A program made the translations under genes and the position numbers. Below are positions 37,239 through 47,124 of a stretch of DNA of 64,000 bases, one piece after another. The notes below the pieces were generated by a model. That model was given only the letters and a program-made list of their open reading frames with translations. It had not been told where the DNA came from and did not search any database. Numbering within the stretch: the stretch's first letter is position 1; each line of letters begins with the position of its first letter. Source of the stretch: Pseudomonadales bacterium (lineage in GTDB: Bacteria; Patescibacteriota; Microgenomatia; UBA1400; PJMF01); NCBI GenBank assembly GCA_020632235.1, contig JACKFY010000003.1, positions 94,139 through 158,138 on the forward strand, given 5' to 3'.

Positions 37239-38179
37239 GTATACACGTTTTTGGCAATTTTCTTATAGGCGCTCACCTTCTCTGTCTTGTTCTGCAAAGA
37301 AAAAAGAATGATGCGAAGAAGTGCGCCAGCAAAAATAATACTTTTCACAAAGGGAAGTTGCCAACGTGGAACGTGTTTGTTCCAGATGTACACTAGGTGT
37401 TTGGCCTCGCCCACCAGCGCATGAGTCTTTGACGAGCTGGCTGATTGTACGTGAACAATGCGCGCGTTTGTCACTATGCCAACTTTCCAGCCAGCTTTCT
37501 GTGCTCGCAGGCAGTACTCTATGTCTTCGGCGTACATAAAGATTGCCCCGTCAAGCACCCCACACTCTTGCACGACTTGTTTTTTGATCAGCATAGCTGT
37601 CCCCCCCACCCACCCCATCACAGCAACCTCCCCCTCTTCTTTCTTCCCTGCTCTCCTACCCGTGTGCTGGATGGAGGGCAGTCGTTTTCCAAAAAAAGGA
37701 ATATCGTCAAGAAAGAGCTGTTGGTTTATCAGCGAGCAGAGAGACGGCAGATCTCCTCCTTGTGGCTGGAGTGAACCATCTGTGTTGCGCAGTTCTGCTG
37801 CCAGAATGCCGTAGGTAGCATACTGCGTGTTGTGTGCTACCTGCCAGAGGTGAGTGAGTGCGCCCTCTTCTACAATAGTGTCTGAGTTGAGAAGGAGGTA
37901 GTGGTTGCCCCGAGCACGCTTGATGCCTTCGTTATTCGCTGCTGCAAAACCAAGATTTTCCTGTTGCTGGAGCACTACAATGGGTATATCAGAGGTGTTG
38001 GCTAGTTGTGCGAGCGCCGTTTTACTGCCGTCAGTTGAGTTGTTATCGATCACGATAATCTCTGTTGCTTTCCGAAGTGCGTGATCTGTTTTGAGTGCGC
38101 GTACAACCGAGTCGATGGTCTGCAGTGTCAAGTCTTTAGTGTTGTAGGAAACAATCAGGATGCTTAACTCTATCGTCAT
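37226..38179 (-). CDS. GT2 glycosyltransferase
   Basis: 'LSILIVSYNTKDLTLQTIDSV...IIVIDNNSTDGS' GT-A signature. Confidence 0.8.
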   Translation of the reverse strand: MTIELSILIVSYNTKDLTLQTIDSVVRALKTDHALRKATEIIVIDNNSTDGSKTALAQLANTSDIPIVVLQQQENLGFAAANNEGIKRARGNHYLLLNSDTIVEEGALTHLWQVAHNTQYATYGILAAELRNTDGSLQPQGGDLPSLCSLINQQLFLDDIPFFGKRLPSIQHTGRRAGKKEEGEVAVMGWVGGTAMLIKKQVVQECGVLDGAIFMYAEDIEYCLRAQKAGWKVGIVTNARIVHVQSASSSKTHALVGEAKHLVYIWNKHVPRWQLPFVKSIIFAGALLRIILFSLQNKTEKVSAYKKIAKNVYTWKF

Positions 38180-38193
38180 ATATAGCCAAGTGC

Positions 38194-38799
38194 TTACTGA
38201 AACCAGCGGGCTCTGCCCAGCACGTAGTCGTACTGCTTGAGTGCTCGCTCTGCTATCTCTTTGGCAGGTGTACCAGCTACGATACTTCCTGCTGGTACGT
38301 CTTTGGTCACAATACTACCAGCCGCGATCACCGCCCCTTTTCCCACCGTAACCCCAGGTAAGATAATTGATCTAGGGCCTATAAAGACGTAGTCTTCTAT
38401 GATTACTTTTTCCTCAATTGCTCGCATGTCAGAGGCGTGCACATCGTGCTCGCTGGTCCAGATCATAACCTCCGAGGCAATATCAACGTGACTGCCTATT
38501 CGGAGCCCTCCGGTAGAGTCTGGTAGCTGCTTGCGCCCGTCTAGTGTGGCTCGCTCACCAATGAGTGTGTCATCTCCAATAGTGATGTGCCGAGGGTCGT
38601 AGATGCGCGCCATCATGTGGATGGTGGAACCTCTTCCAATCTGCATGCCTGCTAGCCGGTAAAAAAACCGCCGCACGTGATGGAGGGGTATAGTTCCGAC
38701 ACCCCACCAGAGAATACCAGTAATAAGTTCCAGCCAAATGGCAGAAAGACGAGAGTAAATTTTTTCAGGGAGTGAGCGAGAAGACGTGCTTGCTTTCAT
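38194..38799 (-). CDS. Hexapeptide-repeat (LbH) O-acetyltransferase
   Basis: Tandem hexapeptide repeats '[13 protein letters not shown]...[43 protein letters not shown]'. Confidence 0.8.
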   Translation of the reverse strand: MKASTSSRSLPEKIYSRLSAIWLELITGILWWGVGTIPLHHVRRFFYRLAGMQIGRGSTIHMMARIYDPRHITIGDDTLIGERATLDGRKQLPDSTGGLRIGSHVDIASEVMIWTSEHDVHASDMRAIEEKVIIEDYVFIGPRSIILPGVTVGKGAVIAAGSIVTKDVPAGSIVAGTPAKEIAERALKQYDYVLGRARWFQ

Positions 38800-38843
38800 A
38801 GGGCAGGTAGTATCGTACCATACCGCCCTAGTACTTGGGGGAG

Positions 38844-39845
38844 CTACTCTGTGTACTGCACGCCCACATGCGCGTATCCTAATTGGGTGATAACCCGCCC
38901 TTTGGGTGTACGTTTGATGAGGCCTGATTGGAGGAGGTAGGGCTCTAGTACCTCTTCAACCGTGACGGCGTCTTCATTCAAAAGTGCTGTGATCGTAGAG
39001 AGGCCAACTGGTCCACCATTGTGCTTGTGGATTATCTCGAGCAAGAAGGTGCGTTCTGTTTCGTGTAAACCCAGCGAATCAACAGCATACATCTTGAGCG
39101 CAGCGATCACGTCATCGCGCGCTACTTCTTTTCTACCTTGCACTTGGACGAAGTCACGGGCGCGCTTGGTTAACTTGAGGGCAATGCGTGGTGTACCACG
39201 AGAGCGAGCAGCTATTTCGAGCGCTGCCTCATCAGTAATGCTGCAGTGTAGTTTGTCGGATGCCGCGTAAATAATGCGTGAGAGTACTTTTGGCGTGTAG
39301 AGCTTGAGTCGGTGAATGATGCCAAACCGATCGCGAAATGGTCCAGCTAGCAAGCCAAACCGGGTGGTTGCACCAATTAAGGTAAACTTTGGTACATCAA
39401 GACGAATGGTGCGGGCTGATGGCCCTTTGCCCACTACGATATCAAGCGCAAAGTCTTCCATAGCTGGATAGAGTGTCTCTTCCACTCCCTTTGGCAGGCG
39501 ATGGATCTCGTCAATAAACAGGCAGTCGCCCGGTTGTAAATTAGTCAGGATTGCTGCCAAGTCTCCGGCTTTGGTGAGTGCAGTACCTGAGGTAATCTTG
39601 AGGTTTACCCCCAGCTCTTTGGCAATCAAGTGCGCCAGCGTTGTTTTCCCCAAGCCTGGTGGTCCGTACAGCAGTACGTGATCAAGTTGTTCCTTCCTTT
39701 CTTTGGCAGCCTGAATAGAGATCTGAAGTGATGTTTTGAGTTGTTCTTGACCAAAAAACTCATCCCACTCTTGGGCTCGCAGACTAGTAAAGATAGCATC
39801 ATCACCGTTTTGCTGGTCTTTTGGAGTTGTGTCTTTGTTTGTCAT
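38844..39845 (-). CDS. ruvB: Holliday junction branch migration DNA helicase RuvB
   Basis: Walker A '[18 protein letters not shown]', sensor and arginine finger regions, and a C-terminal winged helix. 333 aa. Confidence 0.95.
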   Translation of the reverse strand: MTNKDTTPKDQQNGDDAIFTSLRAQEWDEFFGQEQLKTSLQISIQAAKERKEQLDHVLLYGPPGLGKTTLAHLIAKELGVNLKITSGTALTKAGDLAAILTNLQPGDCLFIDEIHRLPKGVEETLYPAMEDFALDIVVGKGPSARTIRLDVPKFTLIGATTRFGLLAGPFRDRFGIIHRLKLYTPKVLSRIIYAASDKLHCSITDEAALEIAARSRGTPRIALKLTKRARDFVQVQGRKEVARDDVIAALKMYAVDSLGLHETERTFLLEIIHKHNGGPVGLSTITALLNEDAVTVEEVLEPYLLQSGLIKRTPKGRVITQLGYAHVGVQYTE

Positions 39846-40411
39846 GTATGTGTATTCTTGAGTGCTTGTTTTATTATCTCTTGGGTACTCATGTTTTCGA
39901 TATCTGGCGTGTGCTTGACGCGTTCTTCTGCCTCGTCGCGGTCAAACCCTAGGGCCTCCAGCGCTGCCACGATCTCTTGTTGCTTGGTGCTGAGTGGTGT
40001 TAAATCAATGTCTTCCAGACCCCCTAGCTTATTTTTAAGCTCAATAATGATTTTTTGGGCCATTTTTTTACCCACCCTGGGCACCGACTTGAAAAAGGTC
40101 ACATCTGCTTGCTGAACGGCTGTTACTACTCGTTGTGTACCCTGACCAGTGATGGTGAGTGCCGTGCGCGGACCCACCCCCGACACGCCAACAAGCGAGA
40201 GAAATAACTGTTTGTCTTCTGGATGTTCAAAGCCATAGAGCTCTAGCGCATCTTCCCGCACGTGGGTGTAGATGTAGAGGGAAACGTGCTCTGTGTTCGA
40301 AGCATTGCTCAAGACAGTGTTACTCACCTGCACGCTGTAGCCCACGCCCCCCACTACTACTAGCAACGCCTCACCTTCGACTTTGGGAATGCCTGTGAGA
40401 TAACCAATCAT
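39842..40411 (-). CDS. ruvA: Holliday junction DNA helicase RuvA
   Basis: 'MIGYLTGIPKVEGEALLVVVGGVGYSVQVS' OB domain, then HhH domain. 4-nt overlap with ruvB. Confidence 0.85.
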   Translation of the reverse strand: MIGYLTGIPKVEGEALLVVVGGVGYSVQVSNTVLSNASNTEHVSLYIYTHVREDALELYGFEHPEDKQLFLSLVGVSGVGPRTALTITGQGTQRVVTAVQQADVTFFKSVPRVGKKMAQKIIIELKNKLGGLEDIDLTPLSTKQQEIVAALEALGFDRDEAEERVKHTPDIENMSTQEIIKQALKNTHT

Positions 40412-40435
40412 GCTATTTGTTATAACACAGTGACC

Positions 40436-40933
40436 TTATTCGGGCGAGATTTGGGTTGGTTGATAGAGATGCGTCATCAACACTGCAATGGCATCAACAG
40501 CATCATCAACAATCGGTTCATTCAGTAGATTGCACTCCAGCCGCACCATTTTCTCTACTGCACGTTTATCTGCCCGGCCGTTGCCGGTCACGGCCAGCTT
40601 GATACTGCCTGGGTTGTACTCTGAGTACTCTAGGCCGTGTTCTAGACAAATGCCAATAATGATGCCGCGCACTTCTGCCACCTTCATGGCTGTTTTTTGG
40701 TTTTTGCTAAAAAAGACCGACTCTATGGCGAGGTGAGACGGCTCAAACTCTTTGATAATCTTAGTCAAGTAGGTGATGATAGCTTGGTATCTGTGTGCCA
40801 GAGAGTCTTTCGCATCTGTCTGTGCGCAGCCATACTCAATGAGCTGAATGGAGCCAGAAACTTTCCCCCCCACCGCCCACCCCATTCGATCGTAACCTGG
40901 GTCGATAGCGAGCGTTGGTTGGTTGATTTTCAT
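40436..40933 (-). CDS. ruvC: Crossover junction endodeoxyribonuclease RuvC
   Basis: 'LAIDPGYDRMGWAV' RNase-H-like start. Likely start is M12 'MKINQPTLAIDPG' (ATG 40933). The ORF track extends to 40966. Confidence 0.85.
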   Translation of the reverse strand: MKINQPTLAIDPGYDRMGWAVGGKVSGSIQLIEYGCAQTDAKDSLAHRYQAIITYLTKIIKEFEPSHLAIESVFFSKNQKTAMKVAEVRGIIIGICLEHGLEYSEYNPGSIKLAVTGNGRADKRAVEKMVRLECNLLNEPIVDDAVDAIAVLMTHLYQPTQISPE

Positions 40934-41058
40934 ACAAAGATAAAGTATACTTGTGGTGTGGGACACAGATGGAAGGCTGTTTTCAGACCTTGACCACGCT
41001 CATTACTCATATGAGTTAAAACGTAAGACATCTGCTCCACAATATGCTGTGTGTAGAG

Positions 41059-42201
41059 TTATAGCAAAGAAGAGATAGTTTTCACAATGGTGCGTGCTGA
41101 GTTCTCCCAAGAGTACTTTTTTAGTTGTTCTGCTGCTTTTTGGCTATAGTTATTTTTTTCTTGGACGGAGAGTGAAAGCGCCCGGCTCACCCCGTCTGCA
41201 ATGCTTTCAACCGAGGTAGGGTCAACTAAAATACCAGCCTCGCCCACAACTTCAGGGAGGCTGGTGGTGTTGGCCACAACAGGAACAATCCCATACTGCA
41301 GAGCCTCGAGCGGTGGAATACCAAAGCCCTCGTGCAAGCCAGGTAGCACCACGCACTCGGCGCTCATGTAGAGCGCTGCTTTTTGCTCTTCTGTTACAAA
41401 GCCCAGGAAGCGTATGGCGTCACGAGCACTTGACTGCTCTGCTTTCTGGTGAATACCTTCAGCCAGCCAGCCGTCTTTGCCAGCCAAGACAAGCTGAACC
41501 TCTGGTTGAGTGGTGCGGAGTATCTCAAATGCTTTTATGAGTCGCTCCAGGTTTTTCCTCGGTTGAATGGTGCCTACAAACAAAATATAGGGTGTAGCAA
41601 TAGCAAGCTCTTCAAGCAGTGCTCTTTGCTTTTCTTGAGATACCTCCTGAGGGTTGCTGTTAAGAGCTGGTGGGGCAACAATCACGTCTGCTGGGTCTCG
41701 ACCATAGACCTGGCATACATCTTGCTTGGTGTACTTGCTAATAGCAACCACCTTTTGTGCACCCTTGACACTAAAGGCTGTCCACGCTCGCAGTTTGTGC
41801 AGATCTTTTTTCAAGAACTGGTCGGGGTAGGCCAAGAAACCCAAGTCCATCACGCTTGAGACATACTGCACGGGGCAAAAGCGCGGTGTATAGTGACCAG
41901 GAGTATAATGAAGACCTATTCGCTGCTTATTTTTCCAGAGGTAAAGGGGAAGAGCTACTTGTGTCCAGAGTGGTTGAGGGCCAATCACCCTATAGCGCCA
42001 CCCTTTTCTTGACTTTGGCAGCTCTGTGATAGGCGGACTTTGAAGCAACACTTCAAAAGAAAGAGCGTTATCATCTCTAGTCTGATGCTCAATCTCTTTG
42101 AGTATTTGGAAGGCATAGACGTTACTACCCACTCTGTTTACCACGTTGGCCTCATTACCATCGATCGTGATCGGTATCGCGCTGACTTTAGCTGTGTTCA
42201 T
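41059..42201 (-). CDS. GT4 glycosyltransferase
   Basis: 'LPGLHEGFGIPPLEALQYGIVPVVANTTSLPEVVG'. Probable start at M19 (42201). The ORF track extends to 42255. Confidence 0.8.
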   Translation of the reverse strand: MNTAKVSAIPITIDGNEANVVNRVGSNVYAFQILKEIEHQTRDDNALSFEVLLQSPPITELPKSRKGWRYRVIGPQPLWTQVALPLYLWKNKQRIGLHYTPGHYTPRFCPVQYVSSVMDLGFLAYPDQFLKKDLHKLRAWTAFSVKGAQKVVAISKYTKQDVCQVYGRDPADVIVAPPALNSNPQEVSQEKQRALLEELAIATPYILFVGTIQPRKNLERLIKAFEILRTTQPEVQLVLAGKDGWLAEGIHQKAEQSSARDAIRFLGFVTEEQKAALYMSAECVVLPGLHEGFGIPPLEALQYGIVPVVANTTSLPEVVGEAGILVDPTSVESIADGVSRALSLSVQEKNNYSQKAAEQLKKYSWENSARTIVKTISSLL

Positions 42202-43315
42202 CGAGTGCTTTTTGGTAGACCTGTACGGTAGCGTCGGTAACTGTTTCCCAGTCAAAGAGCTGTTTTCTGATGATCATGCGCTGCAGTCGCACTTTTTGTT
42301 GCTGGGCTGACTCACCAAGAATCTCGGTTATTCCAGAACGAATGCTTTCAACTTCAAGTGGATCAACCAGCACGGCAGCATTACCTGCTACCTCTGGCAT
42401 TGATGAGATGTTTGCAGTAACTACCGGTGTGCCGTACTCAAATGCTTCCAAAATAGGCAAGCCAAACCCCTCGTAGAGTGATGGATAGGCTACAAGCTCT
42501 GCCTGAGCGTAAAGCACCGACAAAGTAGCGTCGCTGACTCTGCCCAAAAATCGCAGGTGTGGATTGTTGCTGATGCGCTCTGAGTTATCCCACCCACTCT
42601 CACCAGCGATGATGAGTTGAACTTCACTCGCCAGTGGCTGCCAGGCTTTAATCAGTCGTTTGAGATTTTTCCTCGGCTCTCTGGTGCCCACAAACAAGAT
42701 GTAGGGCCTGTCTAGCTGGTATTTTTTTGAGACGTACTCTACTGCTTCTTGGGTAAGTTGGTCGCTCTGCACTTTTACTTCAAGAGGTAACGCCTCTGGG
42801 ACCACGTGCACGCGGTAGTCAGGAATACCAAGTAGCTCAACCACATCTTTTTTTGTTGCCCTACTCACTGCAATAATGTGAGCGTTTCGCTCTCCCAAAA
42901 TCTTCCATGAGCGTTGGTGGGCTTTGAGAATACGTGGATGTGCGGTATCGGGATACTTGAGCATAGCGAGGTCATGAATAGTCGAGACCAACGGCAAGCC
43001 CTTATCTGGCGGCTGCATCCAGTCCCAGGAGTGAAATACATCAATGGTGGGCAAACGAGCGCCAACAGGCGCAAGCCCCCAACGCCAGGCCAGTTGCTGC
43101 AGGCCAGGAGGAAGCTGGCGAATAACAGTGCTTGAGTTCTGGTGATGGGCCAGTAGCTCATCAGCCATGCTTTCTAGCTGTTTGTGCTGGCGAAACGAAC
43201 TGCCATAGAGCGAGAGCGCTTGCCCTGCTGCCAAGAGCGAGCGGGCGAGGTTGCTGGTGTAGCGAGACACGCCACGTCCATAGATGATTGGTGAGATATC
43301 AAGGCCTATCTGCAT
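42188..43315 (-). CDS. GT4 glycosyltransferase
   Basis: 'PSLYEGFGLPILEAFEYGTPVVTANISSMPEVAG'. Confidence 0.8.
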   Translation of the reverse strand: MQIGLDISPIIYGRGVSRYTSNLARSLLAAGQALSLYGSSFRQHKQLESMADELLAHHQNSSTVIRQLPPGLQQLAWRWGLAPVGARLPTIDVFHSWDWMQPPDKGLPLVSTIHDLAMLKYPDTAHPRILKAHQRSWKILGERNAHIIAVSRATKKDVVELLGIPDYRVHVVPEALPLEVKVQSDQLTQEAVEYVSKKYQLDRPYILFVGTREPRKNLKRLIKAWQPLASEVQLIIAGESGWDNSERISNNPHLRFLGRVSDATLSVLYAQAELVAYPSLYEGFGLPILEAFEYGTPVVTANISSMPEVAGNAAVLVDPLEVESIRSGITEILGESAQQQKVRLQRMIIRKQLFDWETVTDATVQVYQKALDEHS

Positions 43316-43355
43316 TATGATTGGGTGAGATACAAAACATCATTCTTACTTGAGT

Positions 43356-43628
43356 TCATAATAAGGGTTTTAATGTAGGTTTAATTGACTCCATAAAGTA
43401 ATCACTGACACCATTAAAGCTAACAAGATCAACCTGCCTGCCAGTTGCCGACTCCAACTCTTGTTGTAAAGCCACAAACTCAAGTCCCATACTTTCTGGG
43501 GGACGAATGATTATATCAATGTCACTTGCAGTTGTCTGAGCATTAGCAGCAAAAGAGCCAAATAAAGAAGCATGCGCAACCCCATACTTTCTTAAAATCA
43601 ACTGGATTGTTTTGTGTGTGTTTGGCAT
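43356..43628 (-). CDS. Minimal nucleotidyltransferase (MNT) domain protein, no adjacent HEPN partner
   Basis: 'LFGSFAANAQTTASDIDIIIRP' GS...SDxD signature. 90 aa. Confidence 0.65.
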   Translation of the reverse strand: MPNTHKTIQLILRKYGVAHASLFGSFAANAQTTASDIDIIIRPPESMGLEFVALQQELESATGRQVDLVSFNGVSDYFMESIKPTLKPLL

Positions 43629-43676
43629 ACTACTAAATATAGCTCATAATCAAGACACTCGTCAAAACAGCATGTC

Positions 43677-44684
43677 TTACCTCGACTGGTAATACTTTAG
43701 TGTTCTTCCCAACCCTTCCTCAAACGAAATAGTAGGCTCCCATCCAAGCAGCTGCCTGGCTTTTATGATATCTGGCTGCCTGCGTGTAGGGTCATCACTC
43801 GGTAATGTTTGGTGTAGTAGAGGTAGGTCTTCAAGAGAGGTCTCTCGACCAGTGGCAACAGCGTGCATGATCTGGGCTGTCTCGAGCACTGTGTGTTCGT
43901 CAGGGTTGCCCAGGTTGATTGTCTCTCCAGCCAAGTCTTCTTTTGCGAGAAATAGTAGAATGCCGTGCACCAAGTCGTCAACATAGCAGTACGAGCGCGT
44001 TTGAGAGCCGTCACCATAAATGGTGAAGGGCTTTTCAGCCAATGCCTGCTTGATAAAACTAGGAATGATTCTGCCATCATCAAGATCAATTCGCGGCCCA
44101 TAGGTATTAAAAATGCGCACTACGCGTGCATCAATGCCCAGATCTCGAGCAAACACTCCACAGATCGTCTCTCCCAGACGCTTGCTCTCGTCATAGCATG
44201 ATCTCTCTCCGTTTGGATTCACATTGCCCCAGTAGGTTTCTGCTTGTGGATGCTGTTGTGGGTCACCGTACACCTCTGAGGTGCTGGCAAACAAAAACCG
44301 CGCCTGGGGGTGGTGCTCTTTGAGAAAAGAGAGGAGATGATGCGTACCAATGCTATTTGCCAAGTAGGTAGCAACCGGCTCTGCCTGGTAGAGTGGTGGG
44401 CTGGCAGGTGAGGCAAAATGTAAAACAGCATCCAGCTGTTCCATATCTGCAAGGTATTTCTCTGCCGGCCCAGACACATCTGCTTCTAAAAACGTAAAAT
44501 GCTCGTGCGTTTCAAAGCCAGAAAGATTTTGCCTGCTTCCCGTGATGAAGTTATCAACCCCTATCACCCGCGCTTCATTGTGGAGTAGTGTCTCACACAG
44601 GTGCGAGCCGATAAAGCCAGCTGCCCCCGTGACCACCACTGTTTTGTTGTGAAACCAGTTTTGAGACTGCATAATTGGGGTCAT
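43677..44684 (-). CDS. UDP-glucuronate decarboxylase (UDP-xylose synthase) / NAD-dependent epimerase-dehydratase
   Basis: 'VVVTGAAGFIGSHLCETLL' Rossmann motif and 'CYDESKRLGE' (YxxxK) of the UXS/ArnA-type SDR. Confidence 0.75.
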   Translation of the reverse strand: MTPIMQSQNWFHNKTVVVTGAAGFIGSHLCETLLHNEARVIGVDNFITGSRQNLSGFETHEHFTFLEADVSGPAEKYLADMEQLDAVLHFASPASPPLYQAEPVATYLANSIGTHHLLSFLKEHHPQARFLFASTSEVYGDPQQHPQAETYWGNVNPNGERSCYDESKRLGETICGVFARDLGIDARVVRIFNTYGPRIDLDDGRIIPSFIKQALAEKPFTIYGDGSQTRSYCYVDDLVHGILLFLAKEDLAGETINLGNPDEHTVLETAQIMHAVATGRETSLEDLPLLHQTLPSDDPTRRQPDIIKARQLLGWEPTISFEEGLGRTLKYYQSR

Positions 44685-44748
44685 TGTAGCACTAGAAAAC
44701 CGACCAGCTCACCTGCAAAACACCACGCGTTCTTGCTACAATACTTTC

Positions 44749-45699
44749 GTGACCACCATCATCATCCCCACCCTCCTCACCGACCCGGAGTTGCTCCAAG
44801 AATGCCTTGATAGTGTTTTTTCTAGCACTACCACACAAACATTTGAAGTCATGGTGGTGTGCAATATACCGCAAGAAAAATCTAAGAAAACACTATCGAA
44901 ACTACATCTCTACAATGCGACAGTGTCGCATATGGGCGTGAACGCTGGTTTTACCGGCGCAGTCAATGCAGGCATACAGAAAAGCAATGCAGAGTATATA
45001 GTTTTGCTTAATGACGATGCGACAGCGTCGCCTGACTGGCTTGACCAACTGGTCAATACTCAGCAACAAACACAGGCCGACATGGTGGCCTCAACCATCT
45101 ACTTGGGTGGCTCGGGCACTATTGACTCACAGGGATTTACGTTTTACTGGCGAGGAAAAGCCTATCCCCTCTTACAAAAGAGGGGCACCTCTCACTTGAA
45201 GAGTGAGCAGGCGGGGTGTTTGAATAAAAAAAAGAACATCCCTCACCTTTCAGGTGAGGGGGATCACTGGCTCAATAACCAACAATTTTTTACCTCAAAT
45301 ACTCCAAAGTTTTTTAGGGAACCATTTGGCCCCGACGCAGCAGCCTGTTTGTACACCAGGAAGCTGTTTGACACAGTCGGATTGTTTGACGATCGGTTTT
45401 TTGCCTATTTAGAAGACGTTGATCTTGCCCTGCGGGCACGAAAGGCCGGCATGTACTGCGCGCTTGCCAAAGACGGAGTGGCGTATCATCACAAACACGC
45501 CACAAGTGGCGCCTTCCCTCGCTTTAAAGCCACTCAAGATATGAAAAACTGGTGGCGGATAGTACTATATACCTATCCAAAAAAATCGTGGAGAAAATTT
45601 TGGCCACAGATACTCCTTGAGCGGGGAAGAAACCTGTCAGGGTGGATGAAGTCACTTGCGTTAGCTCAAAAAGCAAAAACGAAGTATACTACCCGGTAG
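44749..45699 (+). CDS. GT2 glycosyltransferase
   Basis: 'TTIIIPTLLTDPELLQECLDSV', 'VLLNDDATASPDW' (DxD) and 'AYLEDVDLALRARKAG' are typical of rhamnosyltransferase-like GT2 enzymes. Confidence 0.7.
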   Translation: MTTIIIPTLLTDPELLQECLDSVFSSTTTQTFEVMVVCNIPQEKSKKTLSKLHLYNATVSHMGVNAGFTGAVNAGIQKSNAEYIVLLNDDATASPDWLDQLVNTQQQTQADMVASTIYLGGSGTIDSQGFTFYWRGKAYPLLQKRGTSHLKSEQAGCLNKKKNIPHLSGEGDHWLNNQQFFTSNTPKFFREPFGPDAAACLYTRKLFDTVGLFDDRFFAYLEDVDLALRARKAGMYCALAKDGVAYHHKHATSGAFPRFKATQDMKNWWRIVLYTYPKKSWRKFWPQILLERGRNLSGWMKSLALAQKAKTKYTTR

Positions 45700-45700
45700 T

Positions 45701-45988
45701 ATGCTCTCCTTCTTTTCTCAAAATAAACACCTCTTTTGGTCAGCAGACATCACAAAACTAGATCTGCAAGAACACAAGCAATACATCATACATCAGGTGC
45801 TGCAGTATGGTGATCTTGAAACTATACGGATGCTCAAACAAGTTTACTCTCATAATGAATTAGTGACAACTTTCGTCGAACATCCTAGAAAAACGTATCA
45901 AGCCAAAACTTTCTCCTTTGTAAAGAAACATGTCTTGGGCATTACTTCACCACTGGATGAATCAAACTATGTCTCAGTTATTTCGTGA
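45701..45988 (+). CDS. Hypothetical protein
   Basis: 95-aa ORF with no motifs. Confidence 0.3.
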   Translation: MLSFFSQNKHLFWSADITKLDLQEHKQYIIHQVLQYGDLETIRMLKQVYSHNELVTTFVEHPRKTYQAKTFSFVKKHVLGITSPLDESNYVSVIS

Positions 45989-46112
45989 AACCGTACAACA
46001 AAAGCAACTAGAGTTACTATCCTCCATATCTATACCTACGGAAACGTACCTTACCGGAGGTACAGCATTATCATTACAGATTGGCCTCTTATCCTTATTG
46101 AATGACTAATGA
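45969..46112 (+). pseudogene. 47-codon ORF resembling the N-terminus of an AbiEii/DUF1814-type nucleotidyltransferase; likely truncated remnant
   Basis: Manual translation gives 'MSQLFRETVQQKQLELLSSISIPTETYLTGGTALSLQIGLLSLLND*'. The 'LTGGTALSL' block resembles the conserved start of AbiEii-family proteins. It terminates exactly where the AT-rich island begins. Confidence 0.3.
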
Positions 46113-46194
46113 ATATATCAGGCTGAATAAAATTTTTCGCTCTTAGTACACCTATTATTGCTTCCTTTTTTTCAAGCTGTTAGAATGAGACAGA

Positions 46195-47124
46195 ATGAAG
46201 CCAAGTCTCATAGTTACTATCCCTGCTTACAATGAAGAAGCAACGCTACCCAGTGTAATCAAGAGCATCCCAAAAACACTAAAGGGTGTTGGAAAAATTG
46301 AAGTGCTTGTCTGGAGTGACGGCTCTACTGATAACACCATCAAAGCAGCTAAAAAAGCGGGTGCCACACATGTATTTGAGAATAAAAAAAATGTAGGGTT
46401 AGCAAAAACATTTGATAGAGCAACGAAAAAAGCAGTAGAGATTGGTGCAGACATTATTGTTAACACCGATGCAGATAACCAGTATGATCAATCTGAGATA
46501 CCGTTATTACTTCAACCTATTTTAGAGCAGGGAGCCGACATGGTAAATGGCGACCGCCAAGTAGAAAAACTGGAGCATATGCCATTGGCCAAGAAGTACG
46601 GTAACATGCTGGGGAGCTGGACAATACGCTGGCTGACGGGCGTTCACCTTAATGATGCTAGCAGTGGCTTTCGCGCGTATACAAAGGAGGCGATAGAAAG
46701 CTTTGATCTTCTTTCCTCCCACACCTATACTCATGAGACGATCATTCAAGCTGCGTTCAAAGACCTTCTCATTCATGAAGTGCCGGTTACGTTCAAAAAG
46801 CGACATGGCAGCGGCTCCAAACTGATCTCAAGCGTGTGGTCACACATCAAAAAATCGGGCGCGACGATTGTGCGCACCATCCTCATGTACCGGGCATTTA
46901 AGGTATTATCGATGATTGGCTTGACGCTGTGCTTGATTGGATGTCTGTTTATGCTGCGGTTTCTCTACTTTTATCTTACTGACGCCGGGAGTGGACACGT
47001 ACAGTCCCTCATTTTCGCCTCAGTATTGATCAGCATGGGGTTTAACACTATTATGTTGGGGGTGATTGCAGACCTTATTGCGGTGAATAGAAAGCTACTT
47101 GAAAAAAAAGTTAGTACAGAATGA
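46195..47124 (+). CDS. Polyprenyl-phosphate hexosyltransferase (GtrB/DPM1-like GT2)
   Basis: 'LIVTIPAYNEEATLPSVIKSIP...VLVWSDGSTDNT' and 'NTDADNQYD', plus two C-terminal TM helices typical of GtrB. Confidence 0.8.
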   Translation: MKPSLIVTIPAYNEEATLPSVIKSIPKTLKGVGKIEVLVWSDGSTDNTIKAAKKAGATHVFENKKNVGLAKTFDRATKKAVEIGADIIVNTDADNQYDQSEIPLLLQPILEQGADMVNGDRQVEKLEHMPLAKKYGNMLGSWTIRWLTGVHLNDASSGFRAYTKEAIESFDLLSSHTYTHETIIQAAFKDLLIHEVPVTFKKRHGSGSKLISSVWSHIKKSGATIVRTILMYRAFKVLSMIGLTLCLIGCLFMLRFLYFYLTDAGSGHVQSLIFASVLISMGFNTIMLGVIADLIAVNRKLLEKKVSTE

